Assembly (NCBI GenBank): GCA_035307385.1
Contig: DATGID010000062.1
Span: forward strand, 178,406 to 242,405
Direction: 5' to 3'
Length of the DNA: 64,000 bases
DNA from: Ktedonobacterales bacterium
Lineage (GTDB): Bacteria > Chloroflexota > Ktedonobacteria > Ktedonobacterales > DATBGS01
Positions 37,938 through 50,670 of the stretch are shown here, in pieces. Position 1 is the first letter of the stretch. Each line of letters opens with the position of its first letter. A program made the translations under genes and the position numbers. The notes beneath the pieces were generated by a model. It was not told the DNA's origin and searched no databases. It saw only the letters and a program-made list of their open reading frames with translations.

Positions 37938-38444
37938 GTGCTTGTGTGCTATCCTTTTGTTGAGGAGGGTTTTGCGACCATGCGCGAACGGTTGCCATAC
38001 CAGAGCCAATCGGCCAAAGATGATAGCATCCTGCGCTTCAATCCCCCTCAGGTGCGCACCATTGCCATACAAGCGCTGGTCATCGTCACCGCCACGGCGC
38101 TCAGCGGCTTGCGCGTCGTCGCAGTGGGCATTTCCGCCTGGTGGTTGGTTCCCCTGGCCTTCGTGCTCTATTCCATGATGCTCTGCATTGACGTTTCGGT
38201 AGAAGTCACCGCGACGGAAATTGCCTTCTGGCCCTGGTTGGGGCAGCTTGCGCGCCTGCCCTGGCAGCAGCGCTATCCCATGTGGGCGCTGGTCGACGTG
38301 CAGCGTCTGCGCTATGGCAGTCTGCGCCTCGTCTTCATCGCCGGAGGACGCGAGCGCCACATTGTGCTCTGGAGTCTCGGCTTCCCGCCGCGCCACATTC
38401 CCGCCTTGCTGCGGGCCATCCAGATCAATCGGACTCCACACTGA
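37938..38444 (+). CDS. hypothetical membrane protein
   Basis: ORF with two or three hydrophobic helices. No family recognised. Confidence 0.4.
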   Translation: MLVCYPFVEEGFATMRERLPYQSQSAKDDSILRFNPPQVRTIAIQALVIVTATALSGLRVVAVGISAWWLVPLAFVLYSMMLCIDVSVEVTATEIAFWPWLGQLARLPWQQRYPMWALVDVQRLRYGSLRLVFIAGGRERHIVLWSLGFPPRHIPALLRAIQINRTPH

Positions 38445-38710
38445 AGTCCTTGAGCAGCAAACCAGACCTGTCCGCCAGGCAGAAAGAGAGAACCAGCCGC
38501 GCGGCCTTGAGGCTGCCCGCCGCGCAAACGCACGCGGCATGTGATATGATGCCGCAAAGACCTGCCCAGACGCAGCAAGAGCAGCGCGCAGCATATCGCT
38601 TCCAGCGGCGCCAGCCCAAAGCCTTTTGCGGAGCGTAAGCCATCCACCTCACCCTGCGAGCGCGCCAATCTTTCGTCGGTTCATATCTCGCATCAATCTG
38701 GTAGGAGACC

Positions 38711-41374
<2,664 letters not shown>

Positions 41375-41377
41375 CTG

Positions 41378-43324
41378 ATGGAACAGGTCATTTTCCTCCA
41401 TGCTGATGAAGAGGGTGAGGAGACGCTGAACCAGATGCAGCACAGCCTGGCTCAGCGTCTTGTCCTCGTTGCGCCCGCGCACATGGACCGGTTGCGCCTG
41501 AGCCTGCTGTTGCGGCTGGCGCGGCGCTATCTCATTGCCCAGGCCAAAGAGGTCTATCTGGTCAGCGAAGATCGACTGGCGCAGATGTTGGCTGCCCGCA
41601 TGGGTTTTGCCGTGGCCGCCACGCTCGATGAATATCGCGGCCTGACCCCAGGTCCGGCCACTCATTCACGAAAACGCACCACGCGCCCTTCGGCGCGGCT
41701 GGTCTTTCCGCCAGCGCCTCCGCCAGCTTCGGCAGCGCCATCCCAGCAGGAAACCGCAGCGCCCAGCCTGGCAGGTGGGCAAACTGCCGCGCCTCCGGAA
41801 AAGCCAGCCGCCAACCTGGAAAAGATGCTCGTGGATGGCTATCTGCCGAACCCGGCAGCCACACCAGACCTGGAAGAAGAGGCAGAGCGGGCAGAGCGCG
41901 AGGAATACGAGCGGCTGCATTACGAAATCGACGAAGAGCAGCAGCCCTCGCGGGCGCAGCAGGAAGCAGAGTCACACGAAGAGCGTATCATTTCCAGGAT
42001 TCTTCGTACCAGCCAGCCGGACCTCTTACCGCCAGACGGTGGAACGGAGGGCCAGGCCGAAGATGATCTGCCCGCCTTACCACCCCGTCCAGCGGAGCAG
42101 CGTACAGACACCCCCAGGCCTCCGGAAGATCGGGCGGCCAGAGATGAGTTGCCCGGCAAGGGCCTGGAGGGCAGCTTGCGCCCCATGCACACCATTGATG
42201 AACTGCTGCGCGAACGTGGCCGGGCCGAAGTCTTCGAGTGGTTCGAGCATCAGTCCACCCAAACCGCGAAAACAGGCAGCGCCGCCCGCAGCGCAACTGG
42301 CCTGGCAACAGCCACGCCCCCACCAGAAATCTCAGCGCCCCCCGCACCCCTTCCTGAAAGTGTTGGGCGGCAATCAACGCGCACAGCGCAGGTGGTCAAG
42401 CCGACTCGCCCCAGGAAACGTATCCAGCTTCGCCCGCCAGGAACGGCGACCTGGCGGCGCGCGGGCGTCATCGTGGCGCTGGCGCTTTCGGTGCTCATGA
42501 TGGGCACTGGCCTGGCCCTCATTCCATCAGCCGAGGTAGACTACCACGAAGAGATCAGCCCCTATAACGAAGCGCTGCTGCTCGATGCCCACCCGGCTGG
42601 ATTCCCCCCATGGACCGGAGCAAAGGGCGCTGGGCAGGCGCGCGCCGAAATGGCGCGCTTTGACGGCATCTTGACCGCGCAAGCCCTCGCCACGGGACAG
42701 CGCACCGCGCCCAATGCGCCTGACCACCTGCTCGCCGTTCCCACACAGGATGATGCCAACCAGGCCGCCAGCCAATTAAGGGCGCAGCTTCAGCAGTGGG
42801 GCGAAAAAGCGTTACACGCCCAGGCAGGACAGGGCGATATCCTGGGGCCAATGCTTTCGGATGAGGAGACTATGGCGTTTCCAGCCGTGGGCACAAGCCT
42901 GCCCGCTGGCGTCTCGCATTTCCAGGTCAGCGTCTCGCTGCACCTGCGCGCCACGCTGGTACTCCGCGCGGCGCTGCTGCAAGCGGCGATGCAGCAGCTA
43001 CGCCTGGATGTGAACCGCAAAAAACCGGGCTTTGCGCCTCAGCCTGCGCCAGCGCTGAAGCTGAACATCCTGGGCGTTACGCCTGCCGGACCAGGGGACC
43101 AGCGGTTGGACCTGCTGGTGCGGGTGCAAACCGCTGCCACGATTGGCCCGGCCCTCACGCCAGAGCAGGTGCGCTCTGCCATTGCCGGGTGGGACGTGCC
43201 CGCGGCTGAAGCCTACCTGAACCACCAGCCGGGCATTACTGCTGCCTCCATCAGCATACAGCCCAAATGGCTCAACCGCTTGCCAATTTTCTCAGCAAGG
43301 ATTAGAATCAACCTGGAAAGCTGA
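41378..43324 (+). CDS. hypothetical 648-aa protein: conserved N-terminal domain, long Pro/Ala/Glu-rich low-complexity region, one TM helix, C-terminal extracytoplasmic domain
   Basis: Continuous ORF starting 4 nt after alaS. TM helix AGVIVALALSVLMMGTGLAL. No family recognised. Confidence 0.55.
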   Translation: MEQVIFLHADEEGEETLNQMQHSLAQRLVLVAPAHMDRLRLSLLLRLARRYLIAQAKEVYLVSEDRLAQMLAARMGFAVAATLDEYRGLTPGPATHSRKRTTRPSARLVFPPAPPPASAAPSQQETAAPSLAGGQTAAPPEKPAANLEKMLVDGYLPNPAATPDLEEEAERAEREEYERLHYEIDEEQQPSRAQQEAESHEERIISRILRTSQPDLLPPDGGTEGQAEDDLPALPPRPAEQRTDTPRPPEDRAARDELPGKGLEGSLRPMHTIDELLRERGRAEVFEWFEHQSTQTAKTGSAARSATGLATATPPPEISAPPAPLPESVGRQSTRTAQVVKPTRPRKRIQLRPPGTATWRRAGVIVALALSVLMMGTGLALIPSAEVDYHEEISPYNEALLLDAHPAGFPPWTGAKGAGQARAEMARFDGILTAQALATGQRTAPNAPDHLLAVPTQDDANQAASQLRAQLQQWGEKALHAQAGQGDILGPMLSDEETMAFPAVGTSLPAGVSHFQVSVSLHLRATLVLRAALLQAAMQQLRLDVNRKKPGFAPQPAPALKLNILGVTPAGPGDQRLDLLVRVQTAATIGPALTPEQVRSAIAGWDVPAAEAYLNHQPGITAASISIQPKWLNRLPIFSARIRINLES

Positions 43325-43334
43325 AGGGTGCTTT

Positions 43335-43796
43335 ATGCGACTCATTGGGCTTGATGTCGGCGAAGCGCGGATTGGAGTCGCAGTCAGCGACCCCACAGGT
43401 ACATTGGCGTCGGCGCGCACGGTGCTGGCCCGGCGGCCAGAGGGCGCGGCGTTCCTGGCGCTGCAACGATTGGTAGCAGAGGAAGAAGCCGAAGCCATCA
43501 TTGTGGGCCTGCCGCGCAGCCTCAGCGGTGAACTCCATGGGCAGGCCGCGCTGGTCCAGGAATTTGCGGAACGGCTGCGCCAGGAGGTAGCTGTTCCAAT
43601 TCATTTCTGGGATGAGCGGCTCTCCACAGTGGCAGCCGAGCGCGAAATGCGCGCCTCGGGCGCGAAACGCGACAAACGCCGCGCGATGATCGACGCAGTG
43701 GCCGCCGCCATCATTCTGCAAGGGTATCTTGACGCCTCGCGCGCGCAAGCGCCATGGAACGCAGACGGCGAAGCAGGGATGGACGAAGAAGAGTAA
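43335..43796 (+). CDS. ruvX: Holliday junction resolvase-like RNase RuvX/YqgF
   Basis: MRLIGLDVGEARIGVAVSD is the canonical YqgF N-terminus. Confidence 0.85.
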   Translation: MRLIGLDVGEARIGVAVSDPTGTLASARTVLARRPEGAAFLALQRLVAEEEAEAIIVGLPRSLSGELHGQAALVQEFAERLRQEVAVPIHFWDERLSTVAAEREMRASGAKRDKRRAMIDAVAAAIILQGYLDASRAQAPWNADGEAGMDEEE

Positions 43797-43810
43797 AGGG
43801 TGATTCTGGC

Positions 43811-45085
43811 ATGAAAAAACGACGAGGGCGGCTGGTCGTGATTGTCCTCCTCCTGCTCTTAGCCTGTGGAGGCGCGTTTGGCTTTGGCGCCTGGACGGTG
43901 GTCTTCAATTTGTTCCAGGCGGCTGGCCCGGCGGATTCGCCACCCGTTACATTTATCATCCACGAAGGCGAAAATACCAGCCAGATTGCCAACGATTTGC
44001 AGGCCAAAGGGCTGATTCATAATGCGCTGGCTTTCGAGTTGTGGGCACGCTATCAAGGGCTGGATACCAAGCTCCAGGCAGGGTCATATCAACTGAATGC
44101 CGGAATGACCATCCCCCAGATCGTCGATACGCTGCTGACCGATTCACCAGATGCCATCTGGGCCACCATCCCCGAAGGCTATCGCATTATTCAGATGGCT
44201 TCGGCCTTTGCTGCCAAAGAAGAACTGGTTGATTTCAAGGCCAGCGAGTTCATCCAGATCGCCCAGACAGGCCGTTATACGAATGCCAACGGCAAAACCG
44301 TCTTGCTGGCCTCGCAATACTGGTTCCTGAATTATGACCCGCAGGGCACGCAGGGCGGCGCGCCCAACAGCATCAAATGTTCGGCTGCCTGCGATGGCGC
44401 GCTGGAGGGCTATCTCTTCCCCAACACCTATCTGGTGGACCTGAACGCCCACGCCTCCGATGTCATTCAGGAGATGCTCAACCTGTTTGGCGAACAGCTT
44501 TGCCCTGGACCAACTAACCAGCCGGATATATACCTGGCAAACGAACAACAGTGCGAGGCGCACGGGGCCATTCTCAATCAGACCACGAAGCAAACCATCT
44601 TTGACCTGCTGCAAAAAGATTACGGCAACACCGACAGCAAGACCATGGCCGATAAACTGCGCCACGCGCTGACGCTTGGCTCCATCGTCGAACGCGAAGC
44701 GCGCACCCACGCAGACCGGCAGGGCATCGCCTCCGTCTACTATAAGCGCTATCGCGTCAGCACCGGCGAGTTGACGCCGCCCGAAGATGGGCTGGCGCTC
44801 TTCCAGGCTGACCCGACCTTGCAATACTGGCTGGGCACGAACCAGACTCCCTGGCCGGTCTTGCAGCAAGGCGGCAACCAATATGCAACCAACCCCTACG
44901 ACACCTATCAGGTCGAAGGCTTGCCACCAAGTCCGATTTGCAGCCCGGGCCTCGATGCGCTTACCCAGGCTATCAATCCGCCAAACACACCGTACTTTTA
45001 TTTCATCGCGGGCAACGACGGCAAAACACACTACGCCAGCAACTATCAGGAGCAGCAGCAGAACATCCAGCAATACGGTCAGTGA
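43811..45085 (+). CDS. mltG: endolytic murein transglycosylase MltG (YceG family)
   Basis: N-terminal TM anchor then a YceG-like domain. Conserved alaS-ruvX-mltG synteny. Start at MKKRRGR (43811). Confidence 0.8.
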   Translation: MKKRRGRLVVIVLLLLLACGGAFGFGAWTVVFNLFQAAGPADSPPVTFIIHEGENTSQIANDLQAKGLIHNALAFELWARYQGLDTKLQAGSYQLNAGMTIPQIVDTLLTDSPDAIWATIPEGYRIIQMASAFAAKEELVDFKASEFIQIAQTGRYTNANGKTVLLASQYWFLNYDPQGTQGGAPNSIKCSAACDGALEGYLFPNTYLVDLNAHASDVIQEMLNLFGEQLCPGPTNQPDIYLANEQQCEAHGAILNQTTKQTIFDLLQKDYGNTDSKTMADKLRHALTLGSIVEREARTHADRQGIASVYYKRYRVSTGELTPPEDGLALFQADPTLQYWLGTNQTPWPVLQQGGNQYATNPYDTYQVEGLPPSPICSPGLDALTQAINPPNTPYFYFIAGNDGKTHYASNYQEQQQNIQQYGQ

Positions 45086-45176
45086 GGAGCGCTGATCGCT
45101 CGATAAGCCAGGGCTACGCACAGACGCAGCACCACGTGGGGTGGGGCAATTTGAATCAGGGAGAAGAGTAACACGT

Positions 45177-46040
45177 ATGGATTGGATCAGAGCGCTCTTT
45201 CTTGCCGTCTTACAAGGCATCACCGAACCTTTTCCGGTAAGCAGCCTGGGCCATACCGTCGTCATTCCTGGCGCGCTCGGCTGGGGCGATCTGCTGAATA
45301 GTCAGGCGTTTTTGCCCCTGGTCGTCACCCTCCATCTGGGCACCGCCTCGGCGCTGCTCATCTTTTTCTGGCGCGATTGGCGCGACATCATCAGCGCATT
45401 CATTCGCGTGGTGGCAAGACGCAAGGTGGGAACGGACCCCAACGAGCGCCTTTCCTGGCTGATTGTGGTGGGAACGATTCCGGCAGGCTTGATCGGCCTG
45501 ATCTTGCAAAATCCGCTCACATCGTTGTTTTCCATCCCCGAACTTGCCGCCGTCTTTCTCGTGCTGAACGGCTCTATCCTCTTTCTGGGGGAGCTGCTGC
45601 GCAGGCGCGCCGAGCCGAAAACCCTGGAGCGCCAGAAGCAAGAAATGGTCTTCAAGGACTTACACCAGCTTACCTGGAAAGACGCTTTGTTCATCGGAGC
45701 CATGCAATCGCTGGCCCTGATTCCGGGCATCTCGCGCTCTGGCGTCACGATGGTTGCCGGTCTTTCCCAGGGCTTATCCCACAAAGCCGCGGCGCGGTTT
45801 GCCTTTCTGCTTGCCACGCCGCTTATTCTGGCGGCAGGCGTGCTGGAAGTGCCCAAACTGTTTGGGAACACCCAGGCGCTGCTGATTGCCGTCGTGGGCG
45901 GCGTCGTCGCTGGCCTTGCCGCCTATCTCAGCACGCGCTTTTTGATGCGCTATTTTGAGCTTGGCCGCCTGGACCCTTTTGCTTTCTATTGTTGGGGCGT
46001 CGGCCTGCTGGCAATCATACTCTTTTTCTGGCGCGGATAG
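45177..46040 (+). CDS. uppP: undecaprenyl-diphosphate phosphatase (BacA/UppP)
   Basis: MDWIRALFLAVLQGITEPFPVSSLGH is the canonical UppP N-terminus. A second conserved region PGISRSG is present. Start at 45177 with RBS GGAGAAGAG. Confidence 0.85.
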   Translation: MDWIRALFLAVLQGITEPFPVSSLGHTVVIPGALGWGDLLNSQAFLPLVVTLHLGTASALLIFFWRDWRDIISAFIRVVARRKVGTDPNERLSWLIVVGTIPAGLIGLILQNPLTSLFSIPELAAVFLVLNGSILFLGELLRRRAEPKTLERQKQEMVFKDLHQLTWKDALFIGAMQSLALIPGISRSGVTMVAGLSQGLSHKAAARFAFLLATPLILAAGVLEVPKLFGNTQALLIAVVGGVVAGLAAYLSTRFLMRYFELGRLDPFAFYCWGVGLLAIILFFWRG

Positions 46041-46098
46041 CCGCTAGATGGGCACCATCAGATTGAAGAGGTAACAGCAAAAGAAAGGGGGCTGCCGT

Positions 46099-46380
46099 AT
46101 GCGGAGTCTTGGTATGTTTATCGTGGTCGTCCTGGTGGCGATTGCCTGCGCGGGCATCGGGGTCTATTATCTCATCCCCAATATTCCCCATATCCTCTTC
46201 TTCAGCATCAGCGGCAACCCCAACACCTATCATCTGAAGCACGCGCTGGTCTTTTTTGGGCTGTCCGTGCTGGCGCTGCTGGCCGTGCGCTATGTCCAGC
46301 CGCTGCCCACCGAGAAAATGAAAACTAAACGCCTTGTAGAATCGACAGCCCAGCCACCGGAGCCACGCAAAAAGCGATGA
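46099..46380 (+). CDS. small membrane protein (93 aa), translationally coupled to the downstream kinase gene
   Basis: Two hydrophobic helices. Its stop overlaps the start of the kinase gene (ATGA). Confidence 0.4.
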   Translation: MRSLGMFIVVVLVAIACAGIGVYYLIPNIPHILFFSISGNPNTYHLKHALVFFGLSVLALLAVRYVQPLPTEKMKTKRLVESTAQPPEPRKKR

Positions 46381-47783
46381 TGGACAAATCACTCGAATCC
46401 TCTCAGCCCATGCAAGCAGATGATTATGCCTATCTGCTGAACGAGTGTGACCGCTTGCAGCGCCAGAATGAACTGCTGCGCGAGCAAATGCGGGCGCTGC
46501 TCGTCTTGCAGAGCATCGCCAACGCGCTCAACGCCGAACTGGACTTGCCGCGCCTGCTCCGGCAAGTCACCGAGGCCGCGCTGCGGCTGGTCGTCTGTTC
46601 CGCCAGCGCCCTGCTCATTCTGGACCAGACCACCGAATCGCTCGCGGTGGAGGCGTTGGAACGCACCGGCGGCAACCGCGCCGCCCCAGCCAATGGCACA
46701 TCGCTGCTGGCCTCCTTTGCGGCAAGTCCCAACAGTCTGTTGGCCCCCAGGACGCAGCGCCAGGGACCGGAGGACAGCGCCGTTAGCGCCAAACCCCAGG
46801 CCCAGGGGCCGCAAGCGCGCAAAACGCTGCTGCTCGGCCAGGGAATTGCGGGATGGGTAGCTGGCAACGCCGTTGCGGTTATCGTCAATGAAGTGGGAGG
46901 CGATTCGCGTTTTTCGCCGGAGCAGATCAGCGTGGATACCGAGATGCTGGGCGTCAAGCCCACCGCGATTGCCTGCGTGCCGCTGGTCTTCAAAGGGCGC
47001 GTCATCGGCGTATTGGAAACAGCGCATACCTCCAGCCAGGGCGGGTTCGATGCGCGCGACCTCGATCTGCTGCGCACGCTGGCCGCCCAGGCGGCCACAG
47101 CCGTCGCCAATTCGCGGCTGTATCAGGAATTGCGCGCCGAACGCGACCAGATCATCAGCGTGCAGGAAGATTTGCGCAAACGCCTGGCCCGCGACTTGCA
47201 TGATGGACCCGCCCAGGTTCTTGCTTCCATTGCCATGCGTCTTGATTTTGCGCGCAAGCTGCTCATCCACGAGCCAGAAAAAGTCGATGAAGAACTGCGC
47301 GGGGTCGGGGAACAGGTGACTCGCGTCACGCGCGACGTGCGTGATATGCTCTTTGACCTGCGTCCCCTGGTGCTCGAATCTGAAGGGTTGGCGGTGGCCC
47401 TGGAACGATTTTTGGAGCGTTTCAAATCGCTGGGGGGTCCGAAGATGCACCTGCTCGGCGAGTATCAACAGCGGCTCCCCTATCAGACCGAGGCAACCGT
47501 CTTTGCCATCACGCAGGAAGCGGTGAATAATGTTCTGAAACATGCCAGAGCGCGTAACTGCTGGATTGAGATACAGGAGGAACCGCGTGCCCTGATCATC
47601 AAAGTCCGCGACGATGGCGTCGGCTTTGACGTTCAGGCCGTCAGACAGAACTATGCGCAGCGTGGAAGTTGGGGGTTGCTGAATATGCGCGAGCGGGCAG
47701 CCCTGGTGGATGGAATCCTCTCTTTCCACTCTCAGCCCGGCGGGGGCAGCATCATCTCACTGACCGTACCCAAATCAAGCTAA
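46377..47783 (+). CDS. GAF-domain sensor histidine kinase (HisKA_3 type, cytoplasmic)
   Basis: N-terminal coiled-coil, a GAF-like domain, the HisKA_3 H-box ARDLHDGPAQVL, and a C-terminal HATPase_c domain. Confidence 0.8.
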   Translation: MMDKSLESSQPMQADDYAYLLNECDRLQRQNELLREQMRALLVLQSIANALNAELDLPRLLRQVTEAALRLVVCSASALLILDQTTESLAVEALERTGGNRAAPANGTSLLASFAASPNSLLAPRTQRQGPEDSAVSAKPQAQGPQARKTLLLGQGIAGWVAGNAVAVIVNEVGGDSRFSPEQISVDTEMLGVKPTAIACVPLVFKGRVIGVLETAHTSSQGGFDARDLDLLRTLAAQAATAVANSRLYQELRAERDQIISVQEDLRKRLARDLHDGPAQVLASIAMRLDFARKLLIHEPEKVDEELRGVGEQVTRVTRDVRDMLFDLRPLVLESEGLAVALERFLERFKSLGGPKMHLLGEYQQRLPYQTEATVFAITQEAVNNVLKHARARNCWIEIQEEPRALIIKVRDDGVGFDVQAVRQNYAQRGSWGLLNMRERAALVDGILSFHSQPGGGSIISLTVPKSS

Positions 47784-47832
47784 GGCAATCATAAAGAATC
47801 TTCTGCCCGCAGAGAGGAAATGAGAAACAGCA

Positions 47833-49170
47833 ATGAGCGACGGACGTTATGGATTAGCCGTTTCCCCAGAAAATACCGTGTTTGTCTCGCTCTGTTTTGA
47901 AGGCCCAGATGTCTATTCCACCGCTGGTGGCCTGGGAACGCGCGTGACCGAACTAACCGAGACGCTGGCCGAACTGGGCTATACCACCCACCTGATCTTT
48001 GTAGGCGACCCCACCAAACCGGCCACCGAAGAGCGCATCAACGGCAAGCTGATTCTGAAACGTTGGAGCCAGTGGATCAGCAAATACTACCTGAGCGGCG
48101 TCTATGACGGCGAAGACGCCAAAATCTACGACTATAACGAAAGCGTCCCCCCGCATGTGTATAAAGAGATCGTCGAGCCTGCCGTCAGCCAGGGCAAGCT
48201 GGTCGTCATCATGGGCGAAGACTGGCATACCGCCGAAGTCATGAGCCGCATTTCCGATCTGCTGCATTGGCATAACCTGCGGCATCGCGTCTTGATGGTC
48301 TGGAATATCAACAGCCTGATGTCGCTGCATCGCATCAACTGGGGACGCCTGGGCTACAGCAGCACCATTCTCACCGTCAGCCGCTATATGAAACATCGCC
48401 TCTGGGCCTATGGTGTCAATCCGCTGGTCGTGCCCAACGGCATCCCCAGGCGTTTTCTGGAGCCGGTCGATGAAAAACGGCATCAGCAGCTTCGCCAGAT
48501 CGCCCAGCTTGGCAATCCCGAGCGACTGGTGCTCTTCAAGATTGGCCGCTTCGACCCCGACAAGCGCTGGATGATGGCCGTTGAAGCTGCCGCGCGCCTG
48601 AAATGGAGCGGCCAACCCGTCACCATGATTATTCGCGGCGGCATCGAGCCACACGGCGGCGAAGTCCTCAACCACGCCCGCCATCTGGGGCTGGTGGTGC
48701 GCGATGTCGGCGCTTCGCGCCCATCCATCGACGATTGCTTCCAATTGCTGGCGCAAAGCGGCGAAGCGGATATCTACAACCTGCGCTTCTTTGTGCCGGA
48801 AGAGTTCGTGCGCATCTGCTATCGCGGCGCTGACGCGGTGCTTGCCAACAGCGGCCACGAGCCATTTGGCCTGGTGGGGCTGGAGGTCATGGCCGCGCGG
48901 GGCGTCGCCTTCACCGGCTCGACCGGCGAAGATTACGCCGTCTCCTTTGAAAACGCGATTGCCCTCGAAACGGACGATCCCGACGAAATCGTCGGCTATC
49001 TGCTCTATCTGCAACAGCACCGCGACGAGCTAGAGAAAATCCGCGAGACCGGGCATCAAACGGCGCGCGCCTTTGTCTGGGAAGAAGCGATTGACAACCT
49101 GATAGGAAAGCTGGGGTATCTGGCCCGCAAGCAGAGCCTGGTGTTGGACCAACCAGCAGCTATTCGATAG
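47833..49170 (+). CDS. GT-B fold glycosyltransferase (GT4/GT1-like)
   Basis: The C-terminal EPFGLVGLEVMAARGV E-x7-E-like motif is present. The overall N/C Rossmann-domain organisation resembles glycogen/sucrose-synthase-like enzymes. Confidence 0.7.
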   Translation: MSDGRYGLAVSPENTVFVSLCFEGPDVYSTAGGLGTRVTELTETLAELGYTTHLIFVGDPTKPATEERINGKLILKRWSQWISKYYLSGVYDGEDAKIYDYNESVPPHVYKEIVEPAVSQGKLVVIMGEDWHTAEVMSRISDLLHWHNLRHRVLMVWNINSLMSLHRINWGRLGYSSTILTVSRYMKHRLWAYGVNPLVVPNGIPRRFLEPVDEKRHQQLRQIAQLGNPERLVLFKIGRFDPDKRWMMAVEAAARLKWSGQPVTMIIRGGIEPHGGEVLNHARHLGLVVRDVGASRPSIDDCFQLLAQSGEADIYNLRFFVPEEFVRICYRGADAVLANSGHEPFGLVGLEVMAARGVAFTGSTGEDYAVSFENAIALETDDPDEIVGYLLYLQQHRDELEKIRETGHQTARAFVWEEAIDNLIGKLGYLARKQSLVLDQPAAIR

Positions 49171-49187
49171 ATCGAGAGGAAACGCGG

Positions 49188-50480
49188 ATGGCCCGCAATC
49201 TCGTGATGTATACTGTCGTGCATCAGCCACGACGGTTGAAACTGCCCGCCCAGCCCATTCCCAAGGGCGCTTCCATCGAGGACATTACTCACTGCTTGTT
49301 CGATGAGCGGATGAACGAGCAATACTTCCATAAAGTGGCCCAGCAGTGCTACTATCCGGCGACGGAGCGCTTCACCGAACTGGTGCGCCAGGGACTCAAG
49401 CTCAGCATCGGCTTCTCCGTCTCGTTCTTGCGCCAGGCCGCCTCCTGGGACCGCACGCTGCTGGAGCGCTTTAAAACGCTGGTCGCCGAGCCAAACGTGG
49501 AACTGGTCGGCGTCGAACCATATCATAGCTTCCTCTTTCTCTACGATCTGCCCCTGTTCATTCAGCGCATGCGTTGGATGCGCGAAGAGATGGAGCGTGT
49601 GTTCGGCAAGACACCCACCGTCACCGATACCACCGAGATGTGCATGTCTGCCGTGCTCTACGACGCGCTCGAACAGGCAGGCTTCAGCGGCGGGTTGATC
49701 GATGGACGCCCCTGGGTCATGGGCTGGCGCGAATCGACGCATCTCTATCACTATACCGGCAACCTCAAGCTGCTGCCGCGCCATCTTTCGCTCAGCGACG
49801 ATGTGGGCTATCGCTTCTCGAACCGCACCTGGAGCGGCTGGCCTCTCTTTGCGGACACATACGCCCACTGGCTACGCGAAGCCTGGGGCGATTTTGTCTT
49901 CGTCGGCTGGGATTACGAGACCTTTGGCGAGCATCACTGGCGCGACAGCGGCATCTTTGACTTCCTCAGGCAACTGCCAGATGAACTCTCCAAACGCGGC
50001 GCGCAAACGCGCAAGCCCAGCGAGATCATCAGCGACTTTGGCGATGCTTCATTCCATCTTCCCTTGCCCGGCTTTCCCAGCACCTGGGCGGGCAGCGGCG
50101 GCATGGAGTTCTTCCTGGGGAACAGCGCGCAGCAGGCCATCTTCCAGTTGATGCTCCAGATACACGGGTTGGCAAAAATTACCGGCAATGCCGAACTGCT
50201 CGATCTGGCGCTCTGGCTGGGGCAATCGGATAACCTGCACCTGATTCAGTGGTTCGGGCGCGGCGGCTCCGAGGCCGAAGTCTCCGCCTATTTCACGCCG
50301 CGTGAATGGTGGAACCTGGGACCAGGAGGCATCATTCACGAGCAGCAGCAGGTCTATCTCAACCTTCTGCACGCCATGGAGCCGTTCCTGCCCAACCGCA
50401 CGCCCTCTTCTCCGGTGCCGTGGGTCTTCAACGCCCGCGAACTCCAACTCGCCGAGCCTGGCATCGAAGCGCGCTACTGA
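49188..50480 (+). CDS. glycoside hydrolase family 57 protein
   Basis: GWDYETFGEHHW is the GH57 catalytic-region signature. The N-terminal (beta/alpha)7 region has the ..H.P.. motif. Confidence 0.75.
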   Translation: MARNLVMYTVVHQPRRLKLPAQPIPKGASIEDITHCLFDERMNEQYFHKVAQQCYYPATERFTELVRQGLKLSIGFSVSFLRQAASWDRTLLERFKTLVAEPNVELVGVEPYHSFLFLYDLPLFIQRMRWMREEMERVFGKTPTVTDTTEMCMSAVLYDALEQAGFSGGLIDGRPWVMGWRESTHLYHYTGNLKLLPRHLSLSDDVGYRFSNRTWSGWPLFADTYAHWLREAWGDFVFVGWDYETFGEHHWRDSGIFDFLRQLPDELSKRGAQTRKPSEIISDFGDASFHLPLPGFPSTWAGSGGMEFFLGNSAQQAIFQLMLQIHGLAKITGNAELLDLALWLGQSDNLHLIQWFGRGGSEAEVSAYFTPREWWNLGPGGIIHEQQQVYLNLLHAMEPFLPNRTPSSPVPWVFNARELQLAEPGIEARY

Positions 50481-50670
50481 GCCTGAAACCGACGCTTTCG
50501 CTCAAACGTTGAATAAAGAGGAGCGCTTTCTCTGGCAGGCGAGAACCGTTGTGGGTTGCCTGGATGGCACAAAACGTGTATACTTTCTCCTCCGGAGAAA
50601 TTGGTAGCTGAAAGACGACGCGCTTCAGCTATGAGAGGCCATTCGAGCGCGAGAGGGTAGGACAACAGCA

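Noticed and set aside
38445-38710. Possible T-box leader upstream of alaS
   Set aside because: No T-box consensus (AGGGUGGNACCGCG-like) or specifier/antiterminator architecture is recognisable. Treated as an ordinary 5' region.
46389-47729. 446-aa minus-strand ORF antisense to the GAF histidine kinase, and a similar 468-aa one (59398-60804) antisense to secA, and a 355-aa one (47953-49020) antisense to the glycosyltransferase
   Set aside because: Same reasoning: fully overlapped by strongly supported genes on the other strand.
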